IMG/VR virus record: IMGVR_UViG_3300045988_144650
From: a virus
Length of the DNA: 64,000 nucleotides
Strand: one strand, 5' to 3'
Shown here piece by piece: positions 36,076 through 44,746 of this stretch; within the stretch, counting starts at the first letter, position 1; the number at the start of each line of letters is the position of its first letter. The notes under the pieces are model-generated. The model ran no database searches. It had not been told where the DNA came from and worked only from the letters and a program-made list of their open reading frames with translations. A program made the translations under genes and the position numbers.

Positions 36076-37221
36076 CTACTGGTTGAGATCCTCGCTCATG
36101 CTTTTCATAACATCGGTGTGGAACTTCTCATTGTTGTACTTGATTACGCTATCTACATACTCTTTTTCGACCATGCTGTAATAGTTGACCAAACCACGCA
36201 GAACCTGTACATCGTGCAGATCCCAATGGCGACCATTCTGCCGGTCGAGAATGTAGTTGCAAATCATTGCCCGCAAGCGCTGTTTGTTCTTATAACCAAT
36301 GGTGATCTCATTATCCTTATTGAGCATCACACCGAGGTTCCAATTACTTCCAGCGCGTGAGCCATAGCGCGTCTTTTCGTCTTTGATCTTAAAAGGAGCA
36401 CCAAACTCTGCGAGGGTAGAATTGATAAAGCCGATGATTTCATCCTTATCAAAACCCTTACGGCTTGAAAAGAGAGAGTCATCGGCATATCTGGTATATA
36501 CATAATGATTTCCATTGAAGTCACGCAGGCAATTGTTGATACGATGGTCAATGGGAATCATCATCAGATTTGTGAGCATAGGGGAAATAGGTGTTCCCTG
36601 CGGGAGACCACCGTTCAGGAAACACAGATCCAACGCTTTTTCCAAAGCATCAAATCCGCGCTGAGATTTTACGATCTCGCTAAATGGAAATACTTTGGAA
36701 AGCATAGACATCAGGAACTTCGGAGTTGTGCTGCCAAAGAAGTCAGAGAAGTCGGTCTTGAGGAACCAATGACTCTCATTCTTCTGATGACGCTTTACCG
36801 CGTCGATGGTAGATCTTCCGGGAACATAAGCAAATGCGCTGGTATGATACAGCGCAAACATCTGGGTTTCAAAAATCGTTTTCAGATTTCTGAGCGCATT
36901 CATCAGCGCTGGCTGCGGCGCATTGATCTCACGCAAGCCACCGGACTTCTTAGGGATATAGAACTTATCGTAGAGGTCGCTGCGCTTTGCCTCGTAAAGT
37001 TTAGCGTTCTGCTTGCAAAACTCTTCCAAGGTTACGACCATTGCATCAATATCAAAACGCTCAAGGAACTTGGGGTTCAGAACTTTGGAAAAGTAAGTTC
37101 TTGTGTTGGTCTCATTGGGGTTGACCATGTTGGCGAGATTGACATTCCCCGAAATAATTTCATCAAATGTGATCTGATGGAAAATCGGAGACTGCATCAG
37201 CGTAATGTAAGGCACTTCCAA
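36076..37221 (-). CDS. Reverse transcriptase, retron-type.
   Basis: RT motifs: IPKKSGGLREINAP (1/2), AYVPGRS, FLKTDFSDFFGS (A), GLPQGTPISPMLTNL (B'), YTRYADD (C), and a downstream KT....NLGVML resembling the retron VTG region. Start follows AAAGGAGG. Confidence 0.75.
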   Translation of the reverse strand: MEVPYITLMQSPIFHQITFDEIISGNVNLANMVNPNETNTRTYFSKVLNPKFLERFDIDAMVVTLEEFCKQNAKLYEAKRSDLYDKFYIPKKSGGLREINAPQPALMNALRNLKTIFETQMFALYHTSAFAYVPGRSTIDAVKRHQKNESHWFLKTDFSDFFGSTTPKFLMSMLSKVFPFSEIVKSQRGFDALEKALDLCFLNGGLPQGTPISPMLTNLMMIPIDHRINNCLRDFNGNHYVYTRYADDSLFSSRKGFDKDEIIGFINSTLAEFGAPFKIKDEKTRYGSRAGSNWNLGVMLNKDNEITIGYKNKQRLRAMICNYILDRQNGRHWDLHDVQVLRGLVNYYSMVEKEYVDSVIKYNNEKFHTDVMKSMSEDLNQ

Positions 37222-37242
37222 ACCTCCTTTTTCATTATTCGT

Positions 37243-37569
37243 ATCTGTAATCTACATACTCTGTGATGAGATGACCAGATCAGCTCAGGATACTCGTAGA
37301 TCTTCAGATTCCTGGATTCGGACATCTGATGGCTATGAAGTAACGGTGAACTCCTGGTTGTGCAGGTAATGAGTCTTGGATTTCCTGTGGTTCCTTAAAG
37401 TTTTCTTCAGGAGACACTGATGAAACTCTTGACTTTTGCTGTATAACCTGCGATGCTGCGACCGAGTCGCTGCAGCGTTTCTGGGTAGCCGGGTATTTCC
37501 CGTCCACCATTCGTAACTTTGATTTACAATACAAAGCACTTCCTATTCGGGAAGTAATGCATTACAGAT
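37243..37569 (-). ncRNA. Family-1 structured element, long copy A (about 327 nt), directly 5' of the RT gene. Candidate retron msr-msd ncRNA.
   Basis: a1 ATCTGTAAT-G at the 5' end (minus strand). SL1 is CTTCC-CGAATA-GGAAG and SL2 is CTTTG-TATTGTAAAT-CAAAG, followed by TTACGAATGG. a2 ATTACAGAT lies 22 nt upstream of the RT start. Confidence 0.5.
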
Positions 37570-37574
37570 CTCGT

Positions 37575-38456
37575 TTACATCTTTTTCAGAATCGCAAAGA
37601 ACTCCTCTTCATCAATCTCGATGATCTCCTGTGGAGCACTGAGAACCTCATAGTACCCATCGCCGTCAGGCTCATCTGAGATTAGGATTTCAGGATTGAG
37701 TTTCAAAGCTGGGCGCACCCCCACACAATCGTCGCAAGCACAGGCACTGCCGACATCGCCATCGCGATTAACGCAACGCACATTGTACGAGCGGCCAGAG
37801 TTCGGGGAGCGCAGGTAGTAGTACCACTCCTCGTCTTCATATTCGGGCTTGTCATTATTGGGAGTATTTGCGTACAGTTCGGGAGAGAACAGGCAGGCTC
37901 TGTTTGCACCATCCGCAAACAAATCCCAAACCTCACCCTCCTGAATACGGTTCTCAGTTCCACCGCCCACATTGGTTCTGGAGGGCATGAAAACCTTAGC
38001 ATAAATGGTTTCATACTTTTCGCCACCAGTAGGAATATCCTTGGTAGGCAGCGCCGTTTTGATCTCGGACTCCTCAATGGCTTCGACTTCCCACTCCTCA
38101 AAGTAGTGCAGGAAACCAGGCTTGTGAACATAGCCGTAGCGACCATTGTACATCAGGCGATCCTCGGGAGCCGTGTCGTGTTCGTGTGTCGGGCGGAACC
38201 AGTCTGTCCCCTCAGCATTCAGAAACTGATGACTGTTACTTAAGGAGTAGCGGTTATTACCGTAACTCCTGCGGTATTCGTCGGGGTTATCGGGCTCTTT
38301 GGCATCGAACGCACACTGATCTTCCATAAACTCGGTCAAGATCGTGCCGTCGCGATGAGCCTTTACCCAGCAAATCTTATGCGGCATCTCACCGCTGACG
38401 CTATAAGCGCCGAATTTCAGTTTTGCCCCGATGGGCAGGTCTGCGATAGTAGGCAT
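37575..38456 (-). CDS. Hypothetical protein.
   Basis: 293-aa ORF with a Cys cluster CACDDC near the C-terminus. Confidence 0.45.
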   Translation of the reverse strand: MPTIADLPIGAKLKFGAYSVSGEMPHKICWVKAHRDGTILTEFMEDQCAFDAKEPDNPDEYRRSYGNNRYSLSNSHQFLNAEGTDWFRPTHEHDTAPEDRLMYNGRYGYVHKPGFLHYFEEWEVEAIEESEIKTALPTKDIPTGGEKYETIYAKVFMPSRTNVGGGTENRIQEGEVWDLFADGANRACLFSPELYANTPNNDKPEYEDEEWYYYLRSPNSGRSYNVRCVNRDGDVGSACACDDCVGVRPALKLNPEILISDEPDGDGYYEVLSAPQEIIEIDEEEFFAILKKM

Positions 38457-38480
38457 AACCGCTACTCCTTTCGTATTTAT

Positions 38481-39158
38481 TTAGAACGCATCAACCGTGT
38501 GACCAAAAGCGTCGATCAAGATCAGCTTACGCAGATCGCCGCCCTTGACAAAATTGATGAAGTTGGAGACTCCGCAAGCAACAATCATTCTGACTGTCGG
38601 AACCACGGACAGAGTGACATTGCAGGCAGAAACAGGGGTCTCTTCCTTAGCCTCCTCGTGAGAGAATGCCATGCTCTTGATGAAATCCTCAACCATCTTC
38701 TGGTTGTCCCAAGCCGCAGCATAGTGCTGGGCATCAGTCAGTCTCATACGGAAGTCAAACATTCCCTTGACATACTGATTTTCCTTGCACTTGGTGGCAA
38801 TCTCACGGCGGAGGTCGATATTATCCACGCAGAGGAAAACATAACCGGAAAGCCGCTGACCTGTCCAACCATCGGGAACCAACTTAAGCTCCTCCGCGCA
38901 ATCGGGATTGATCTCACACAGGTAATCAGCAAGCGCCTCGATCTTCAGCTTGCCGATGTCGGTCTGACGGAACATCTGGTTTGCGATGTTGTGCGCCTCA
39001 ACCTTGTCGAAATCGTAAAGAGTGATTTTGGTGATACCGAACCGAACCAGATTTTCTGCGACGGTCGATCCGATTGCACCGCAGCCGATGATATGCACAC
39101 GAGAAGTCAGCATATCAGGCTTGAAAAAGTCATAAGACTTGGACAAATCCATAGCCAT
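38481..39158 (-). CDS. E1-like ThiF/MoeB-family adenylyltransferase.
   Basis: Rossmann loop IIGCGAIGSTVAENL followed by ITLYDFDKVEAHNIANQ (compare GxGxxG ... D.D.V..SNLNRQ). Confidence 0.65.
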   Translation of the reverse strand: MAMDLSKSYDFFKPDMLTSRVHIIGCGAIGSTVAENLVRFGITKITLYDFDKVEAHNIANQMFRQTDIGKLKIEALADYLCEINPDCAEELKLVPDGWTGQRLSGYVFLCVDNIDLRREIATKCKENQYVKGMFDFRMRLTDAQHYAAAWDNQKMVEDFIKSMAFSHEEAKEETPVSACNVTLSVVPTVRMIVACGVSNFINFVKGGDLRKLILIDAFGHTVDAF

Positions 39159-39179
39159 TTGGTCAGTCTCCCTTCTTAT

Positions 39180-40082
39180 TTATTTCTGAAAGCGACCGTA
39201 ATCGTAGATGCCGTACTGATCGTCGTCATCGTCATAGCCGCCGTAGTTATATCCTTTGCCGGAACTTCCGATATCGGGCTTATCCTTCTTGCCGCCCTTG
39301 GGCTTGCTCTTGGTCTTATCGGAACCGGTCTGAGCCTGGAAACCCGTCTGCTGCTTGCCATACTGGTAACCACTCTGACCGTACTGGCCTCCGCCGTACT
39401 GATAGGTCTTGGTCTTGACCAGTTCCTTGGCATCCTTGATAAAGGCGTTCAGGTCACAACCCTCATCGCCGATATACAGGTCAACATCTGCGGTTTCGTA
39501 GAGCGTATTGTTTGCCATATCGAAAATCTTGATGTTGCGCTCGAACTTCTTGTTCCAAATCATAAAGATGTAGAACATATCGTCGTCGATCTGGCTCAGG
39601 ATCTTTTCCTGATGGGTGGTATCCACACCGGAGGGGGTCGTGCTGAAATCTACATGAGAATGACCCTGCATACGGATGTTGTTAAACACCTCATCATCGT
39701 GGGTGTAGAGCCAAGTCTGATACGCATCCTGGTCGGTGTTAACGGTAGAACCGGTAACAACCTGGGGATAAACCAGAATGTCAGTGATGTAGAACTTATT
39801 CTTTTCCTTTTCGTCGCGATATGCGACACCGTGCCAAGCGACCTCGCTGGTAAAGTTCTGAACCAACATGGTCATCTTGGCAAATGCGACGGCGGAGAAC
39901 ACAACAGAAGCCCTGTCCTCACCATCCCATTTGAAGTTCTTGGTGTAATTGAGCTTACCGTCGAACATCTTCATCTTTTTGACATTCTCGATAAACTCCT
40001 GCTGAATCGCAGCAATCAGCTCGTCGGTGAGCTTGATCGGCTTACTCATGTGCTTCCTCCTTTTTCTTTTGCTTTTCCGCAT
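39180..40082 (-). CDS. JAB/MPN (JAMM) metalloprotease-domain protein with a Gly/Tyr/Gln-rich disordered tail.
   Basis: GHSHVDFSTTPSGVD matches HxHx7Sx2D with an upstream Glu. The C-terminal 90 aa are low complexity (YQYGGGQYGQSGYQYG...). Confidence 0.6.
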   Translation of the reverse strand: MRKSKRKRRKHMSKPIKLTDELIAAIQQEFIENVKKMKMFDGKLNYTKNFKWDGEDRASVVFSAVAFAKMTMLVQNFTSEVAWHGVAYRDEKEKNKFYITDILVYPQVVTGSTVNTDQDAYQTWLYTHDDEVFNNIRMQGHSHVDFSTTPSGVDTTHQEKILSQIDDDMFYIFMIWNKKFERNIKIFDMANNTLYETADVDLYIGDEGCDLNAFIKDAKELVKTKTYQYGGGQYGQSGYQYGKQQTGFQAQTGSDKTKSKPKGGKKDKPDIGSSGKGYNYGGYDDDDDQYGIYDYGRFQK

Positions 40083-41559
40083 CCTGTGCCTCCAACCACT
40101 TCACTGCATCCAGAGGCGTTGCGGTAGAGCCGTCAGGCATCTGGATAATCTTACCCACATCGTTTGCACAAATCTTCTGCATAAAGAAAGTGCCAGTGTT
40201 GGCTTCGGTCAAATTGATATTGGTTGCGGAACCACAGCAGTTGCTCACTGCCGCGACATAGTCGCGGTTCATCATTGCTTTTCGGATATAGGTCTGATTA
40301 TTACCCAAGCAAGCATAATACTGGATATGCTGGTTGGGGGTATGATCCACAAGAATTTCAGGCGGGAACGAGTAGTTCTTCAGACCGTAATAACCGCCAT
40401 CAGAGAAGTTCAGTTTGTATGCCGCGCAGACACGAAGCTTCATAATTTCATCTCTGAAAATCGCAATCATCAAGCGCTTGATACGCTCGTCGGTCATTTC
40501 CTTGTTCTGGTAACGCTGACCGGTCTGATAGTGACGATAGAAGAAGCTACGGCCAAACTGCTCAATAGCGGACTCGAACAGCTCAGGGTCGAAACTGGAA
40601 ATCGTAGTGGTTACGATAAACTCAATCGTACCACCACTGACACGAACAAGATTGATGGACTTATTGCAGAGCATATACTCCATAAACTCGGTATCTTCGC
40701 CATCATCACCGTCGCCGCGCATTTTCGCAATCAAACCCAGTTCCTGTGTGGTCAGATCAGCAATCCGCACATACAGGTCGCGGAACTGCTGTTCCAACTG
40801 TTCAATGCGATTACGGTCGTTGGCAATCTGCTGCTGAACATTCCGAAGTTTGTCCTTCTCAAAGGCATTCTCAAAACCACGGAGCATATTGCGAACCGCC
40901 TGCGTTCTGAAATCAAACTTCTTAGCGAATTGTTCAATCAGCTCGGTATAATCAGGAGCATAACGCTTGGTGAGGGATCGGATCAGTGCAACCTCTTCGT
41001 CATTGAAGGGGTTTTCACGCACATACCAAGGCATATAGCGGGGAATCAGAGACTGCAACAGATGCCATCTCTTGATATCCAGCTTTTCAACGAAAATCAG
41101 AACGGACTTACGCTCCTCGCTGATAAACACACGGGCATGAACCTTGCCGTTCTGTTCCAGAAACTTAGATACATCGGGCAGAGCGATAAAAGCATTGCCC
41201 AGTGCGGCATTTACACCGCCATTGTCGATAGCAGCGAAGCTTGCGGTGTTGCCCTCTTCGTCACCATCAAAAGTGTGAATATGCAGAGCACCGGGAACTG
41301 CAGACATAATATCGGTATTTCTCAGGAATGCACGGACGCAATCCTTAGCAGTTGCTCCGTCAATTTCATACTTACCATAACGAGAGGCAGTAACGCGAAG
41401 CAAAATGGACTCTTCTTTCGGAACCCTTTTGTACATAAGGGCTCGCAAGGTCGCCAGAAAAGAGGTATCGCCTCTAAAGTCCTGCCCATTGATGTTTTGG
41501 AACAGACCATCGGCGACCTGTTTGGTGAGAGTCAGACCAGAAAGAGTTTTGTTAAACAT
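40042..41559 (-). CDS. Hypothetical protein, 505 aa.
   Basis: Large ORF with a central coiled-coil-like region, co-directional with and upstream of the JAB and E1-like genes. Confidence 0.45.
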   Translation of the reverse strand: MFNKTLSGLTLTKQVADGLFQNINGQDFRGDTSFLATLRALMYKRVPKEESILLRVTASRYGKYEIDGATAKDCVRAFLRNTDIMSAVPGALHIHTFDGDEEGNTASFAAIDNGGVNAALGNAFIALPDVSKFLEQNGKVHARVFISEERKSVLIFVEKLDIKRWHLLQSLIPRYMPWYVRENPFNDEEVALIRSLTKRYAPDYTELIEQFAKKFDFRTQAVRNMLRGFENAFEKDKLRNVQQQIANDRNRIEQLEQQFRDLYVRIADLTTQELGLIAKMRGDGDDGEDTEFMEYMLCNKSINLVRVSGGTIEFIVTTTISSFDPELFESAIEQFGRSFFYRHYQTGQRYQNKEMTDERIKRLMIAIFRDEIMKLRVCAAYKLNFSDGGYYGLKNYSFPPEILVDHTPNQHIQYYACLGNNQTYIRKAMMNRDYVAAVSNCCGSATNINLTEANTGTFFMQKICANDVGKIIQMPDGSTATPLDAVKWLEAQDAEKQKKKEEAHE

Positions 41560-41629
41560 AGCCTGCTCCTTTACTCAATGATTAAGGGCACCCACCGTAT
41601 TTCAGATGGGTGCCCCAGCCGATATGTAA

Positions 41630-41872
41630 TTAGGCGTTGTCAGCCTTAACGACATTGAGCAGGAAGCACTTGTCGTGACCCTCAGTGCCGTCGTAGCCGA
41701 AGTCGGCAAAAGTCTTGTTCAGGTCGCCGGGGCCGAGAGTGGAACCATCCAGAGTGGTCATGCCGGAGGTGTAGTCGATGCCGGCCTGCTCCATAGCAGC
41801 ACGCAGGGTGGTATCAGGGGTATAGTTCTCAGAGGAACGCTTCAGGTTGTTACCAATAGTGACACGGATCAT
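41630..41872 (-). CDS. Small protein, 80 aa.
   Basis: ORF MIRVTIGNN... Its size and position make it a ubiquitin-like (beta-grasp) candidate. Confidence 0.35.
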   Translation of the reverse strand: MIRVTIGNNLKRSSENYTPDTTLRAAMEQAGIDYTSGMTTLDGSTLGPGDLNKTFADFGYDGTEGHDKCFLLNVVKADNA

Positions 41873-41968
41873 AATGATTTCTCCTTTTTATTCATCAGAT
41901 TTTGTTTGTGAAACTTGAATTTGGTTAGGAGCTGGGCGGTTTGCCCGCCCAACCCCAAGCTGCTTTAC

Positions 41969-42370
41969 TTAGCAGGCAACGGTGATGCACTCGCGAACCG
42001 CAGCCTTCTCAGCAGCGACAGCGTTGACGGCATCCTCGAACTGAGCCTCGACCTGGTTCAGCATGGTGATAGCCTTACCGATCTTCTCGGCAGCGTAGTC
42101 GACCGCATTGGCGGTGCCGGCAGGGATGGGCATGGTGATGGAAGCCAGCTTCTGATCGTCGTGAGTGACGGAAGCGAACACCGCACCATTACCGTTGATG
42201 ACACCAGTGCTGCCGGAAGCGACACGGAAAACCTCGGACTTGTTGCCGTCCTCGTCGCGCTCGTACAGACGCAGTGCCTTGGGGCGATACTTCTCCAGAT
42301 CCTTGATTGCCTCCAGAGTCTTGCTGGAAGTGATGACGATGGAGTCGCCAGCGATAGTGATTTTTGCCAT
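41969..42370 (-). CDS. Hypothetical protein, 133 aa.
   Basis: ORF MAKITIAGDSIVITS..., strong RBS context. Confidence 0.4.
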   Translation of the reverse strand: MAKITIAGDSIVITSSKTLEAIKDLEKYRPKALRLYERDEDGNKSEVFRVASGSTGVINGNGAVFASVTHDDQKLASITMPIPAGTANAVDYAAEKIGKAITMLNQVEAQFEDAVNAVAAEKAAVRECITVAC

Positions 42371-42539
42371 AGTGAAATCTTCCTTTCTGTTCTGGGCTTT
42401 GCCCGATTTGAATTATGTATTCCGTTTGCTTGAACCTTGCGGTTCTCCCCGCCCTGAACTTGCAGAGAATGGTTATCTGCGGAAGTGGAACCATTCAGGA
42501 CATGAAAACCCCGCAACCTGTTGGCTACGGGGTGTGCTA

Positions 42540-42764
42540 TCAGTCATACATCTCGATATCTTTCGTATTTTCGTTGGCAATAGTTACGATGCCATTGTCT
42601 TCCGTCACATAGACCTCAATGCCACTATTCGGAAAACTCCAGATATCACGATGAGCATGGTTGTAATTGTGTCGGTCATACCACGAAACATCTATGTCGA
42701 GCTCACTATTTTCATCAAACTCTTTGAGTTTCTCTATAAGTTGACCTACGGTTTTTATGCTCAT
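42540..42764 (-). CDS. Hypothetical protein.
   Basis: 74-aa ORF. Confidence 0.35.
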   Translation of the reverse strand: MSIKTVGQLIEKLKEFDENSELDIDVSWYDRHNYNHAHRDIWSFPNSGIEVYVTEDNGIVTIANENTKDIEMYD

Positions 42765-43009
42765 ACCGACACCCCTCTCCGTATCAACTCCTGCTTGAAC
42801 TCATCACGACGCTTTGCAGTCGTAATGTAAATCCCGTAAGCGTAGCTTGTACCGGTGCCAATGTGCCTTGCATCAGAACTATACTTGGTATAGGCAATGT
42901 ACAGCAGGTCTGTTGGAAAATCCGAAGCGGGGATATCGTGATGGCGAGCCATTCTTGTTGCTTCTTCAAACTGAGAAGCAGAGCACTCAAGATAGTTAAG
43001 CATCAGCAC
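42761..43009 (-). CDS. Hypothetical protein.
   Basis: 82-aa ORF. Confidence 0.35.
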   Translation of the reverse strand: MLMLNYLECSASQFEEATRMARHHDIPASDFPTDLLYIAYTKYSSDARHIGTGTSYAYGIYITTAKRRDEFKQELIRRGVSV

Positions 43010-43379
43010 ACCTCACTTTCATGTATTGAGGATAGTCGCATGGAAGATTTCTCAGAAACAACCAAAGGAATGTGTCAATGGTCATGGTGTACTCTCTTGG
43101 ATACACTTCAATAACAGAAATTCCTCTTGTTGCTCGAACTACCTTAACCATTCCGGCTACAAGATACGCATTGTAGATTTGTGGATCATCTTTTCGTCTG
43201 AAGTTTTTAATAGAGCCGTAACGCTCCAGTCTTTCCCATGCGGTCATACCGTAATTACTTGGATAATTCGGATACCTAAGCAACTCAGCCATGTCAAACA
43301 CCTCACGAATGAGACGGGACACCGAAGAGTAACCCCGTTTTCTTTTGCTCTGGATATGAGCTATAATCAAATCCCTCAA
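42996..43379 (-). CDS. Hypothetical protein.
   Basis: 127-aa ORF. Confidence 0.4.
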   Translation of the reverse strand: MRDLIIAHIQSKRKRGYSSVSRLIREVFDMAELLRYPNYPSNYGMTAWERLERYGSIKNFRRKDDPQIYNAYLVAGMVKVVRATRGISVIEVYPREYTMTIDTFLWLFLRNLPCDYPQYMKVRCADA

Positions 43380-43550
43380 GTTGGCACGAGGGGATAAGGC
43401 GCTCTATACCATCGCTACATACACAGATTGCGATACCAGGGTCTTCAGTCCACTCTTTGAACTCTGCCGTGTATTTTGCATATCCTTTAAGGCTACGGCA
43501 GTAAAAACCATTGTACTCAAATTTTTTGACACGCATATTATCACCATCCC

Positions 43551-44051
43551 TTATCCAGCCGCCAGAATGGCATCGAAATCATTTTGGTTTATTTCTGGGG
43601 AGTACACATCGGAAAATGTGCTTCCTGTCCCGGGGAGAGAAAACAGCCATTCCAAAACATCAAGCGGAACTTCTTCTTTGAGCCATGCAGTTCCGTATCT
43701 GTATCCGCCATCGATCAAAAGATTGATGCTTTCGAGCATCTTGCAGGCGCCCTGATAACTCGGATCGTCGGCGGTCGGGCGCCACTTGCGAACCGCTTCT
43801 TCTTGCTTTGGCGTGCCGGCTCTCATATCGTTGAGGTGCCAACGCTGCCAAGCTTGCTTCAAGCGGAAGCAATCCTTTCTCGTGAACCCATAAGCAGGAT
43901 TGTCTTTGGTTAGGTATTCGTAAACCTGACCAGAACCATGTCTGCCAGAACCGACAAGAGAAAGCCGTCCGTCAGCTCTATAGGTTATTGTGACCTTCAT
44001 AGAGGTTGTGGGCTGAATAACTCGTCTAAATACTTCCGTCAAGTTCTTCAT
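43551..44051 (-). CDS. Hypothetical protein.
   Basis: 166-aa ORF. Confidence 0.4.
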   Translation of the reverse strand: MKNLTEVFRRVIQPTTSMKVTITYRADGRLSLVGSGRHGSGQVYEYLTKDNPAYGFTRKDCFRLKQAWQRWHLNDMRAGTPKQEEAVRKWRPTADDPSYQGACKMLESINLLIDGGYRYGTAWLKEEVPLDVLEWLFSLPGTGSTFSDVYSPEINQNDFDAILAAG

Positions 44052-44293
44052 ACACCTCCCTCATGTTGTCAGCGCTGAACTGAAACACACCGTTGAGGAA
44101 AACCTCAATGTGCTCACGAACCCATCTGATTTCGTACATAAGATTTCCTCCTTTTCCTCTTTGGTGAGATGGCTCTTTTTCTGCGTTGAAAATACAGAGA
44201 TTCTTTTTAAGGGTGACACCCCGAAAACCCGCATGAACACGGGCTTTTCTTTTTATTTTGCGACCGGAGTCGTCGCAAAACCGTTTCGGTCTG

Positions 44294-44345
44294 CTCTGCA
44301 TTTACACGGGCTTGCAACCGTTTTGGAAACCCAAAGCTGCATTAG
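44294..44345. repeat. Family-2 two-hairpin element, copy 1.
   Basis: CTCTGCATTTACACGG-GCTTGCAA-CCGT-TTTGG-AAAC-CCAAA-GCTGCATTAG. It is followed on the minus strand by TTGCGA-17-TAAAAA and a hairpin. Confidence 0.45.
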
Positions 44346-44426
44346 ACCAGGCGGGAAACCGCCTGACCGTAGAAAGGAAAGGAAGCCGAAAGCCAAAGCA
44401 TTCAGCAAAAGTCGCCATGTGGCGAT

Positions 44427-44514
44427 GGCGGAGAGGGTGGGATTCGAACCCACGGAGGTTTTACCCTCGCCGGTTTTCAAGACCGGTTCCTTAAACCAGC
44501 TCGAACACCTCTCC
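44427..44514 (-). tRNA. tRNA-Ser (anticodon UGA), type II.
   Basis: Acceptor GGAGAGG, anticodon stem-loop CCGGT-CTTGAAA-ACCGG, long variable arm, T-arm GTGGG-TTCGAAT-CCCAC, 3' GCCA. Confidence 0.7.
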
Positions 44515-44518
44515 TTAT

Positions 44519-44746
44519 TCAATAGATGGCGACCGTTTTGGTGAACAGAAGATACAGACCCATGGGAGCAGTCAGCAGAACTGCGGTTGCATCTTTATCT
44601 TCAACCGTGGTTCCCTGAGAAGCTATGTAAATGAGCAGGATGCTCATGGCGATCAGCGCCAAACCATAAAGCTTCTGGATAAACAGCTTCTTGCGACGGA
44701 TCTGATTGCGGGTTCTCTTACTAACAGCTTGCGTGCTCATTTTCAA
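44519..44746 (-). CDS. Small membrane protein.
   Basis: 75 aa with a basic N-terminus and two hydrophobic helices. Confidence 0.4.
   Translation of the reverse strand: MKMSTQAVSKRTRNQIRRKKLFIQKLYGLALIAMSILLIYIASQGTTVEDKDATAVLLTAPMGLYLLFTKTVAIY

Noticed and set aside
37304-37539. 76- and 68-aa minus-strand ORFs inside the region upstream of the RT.
   Set aside because: The region belongs to a repeated non-coding element family. Its conservation pattern is compensatory base-pair changes rather than codon-wise, and the ORFs have no RBS.
44140-44230. Rho-independent terminator on the plus strand (CCCG-CATGAACA-CGGG followed by CTTTTCTTTTTATTTT).
   Set aside because: There is no plus-strand gene upstream. 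It more likely acts on the minus strand (weaker T-run) or as an attenuator after the promoter-like sequence next to family-2 copy 1. It is mentioned under that finding rather than as a separate feature.
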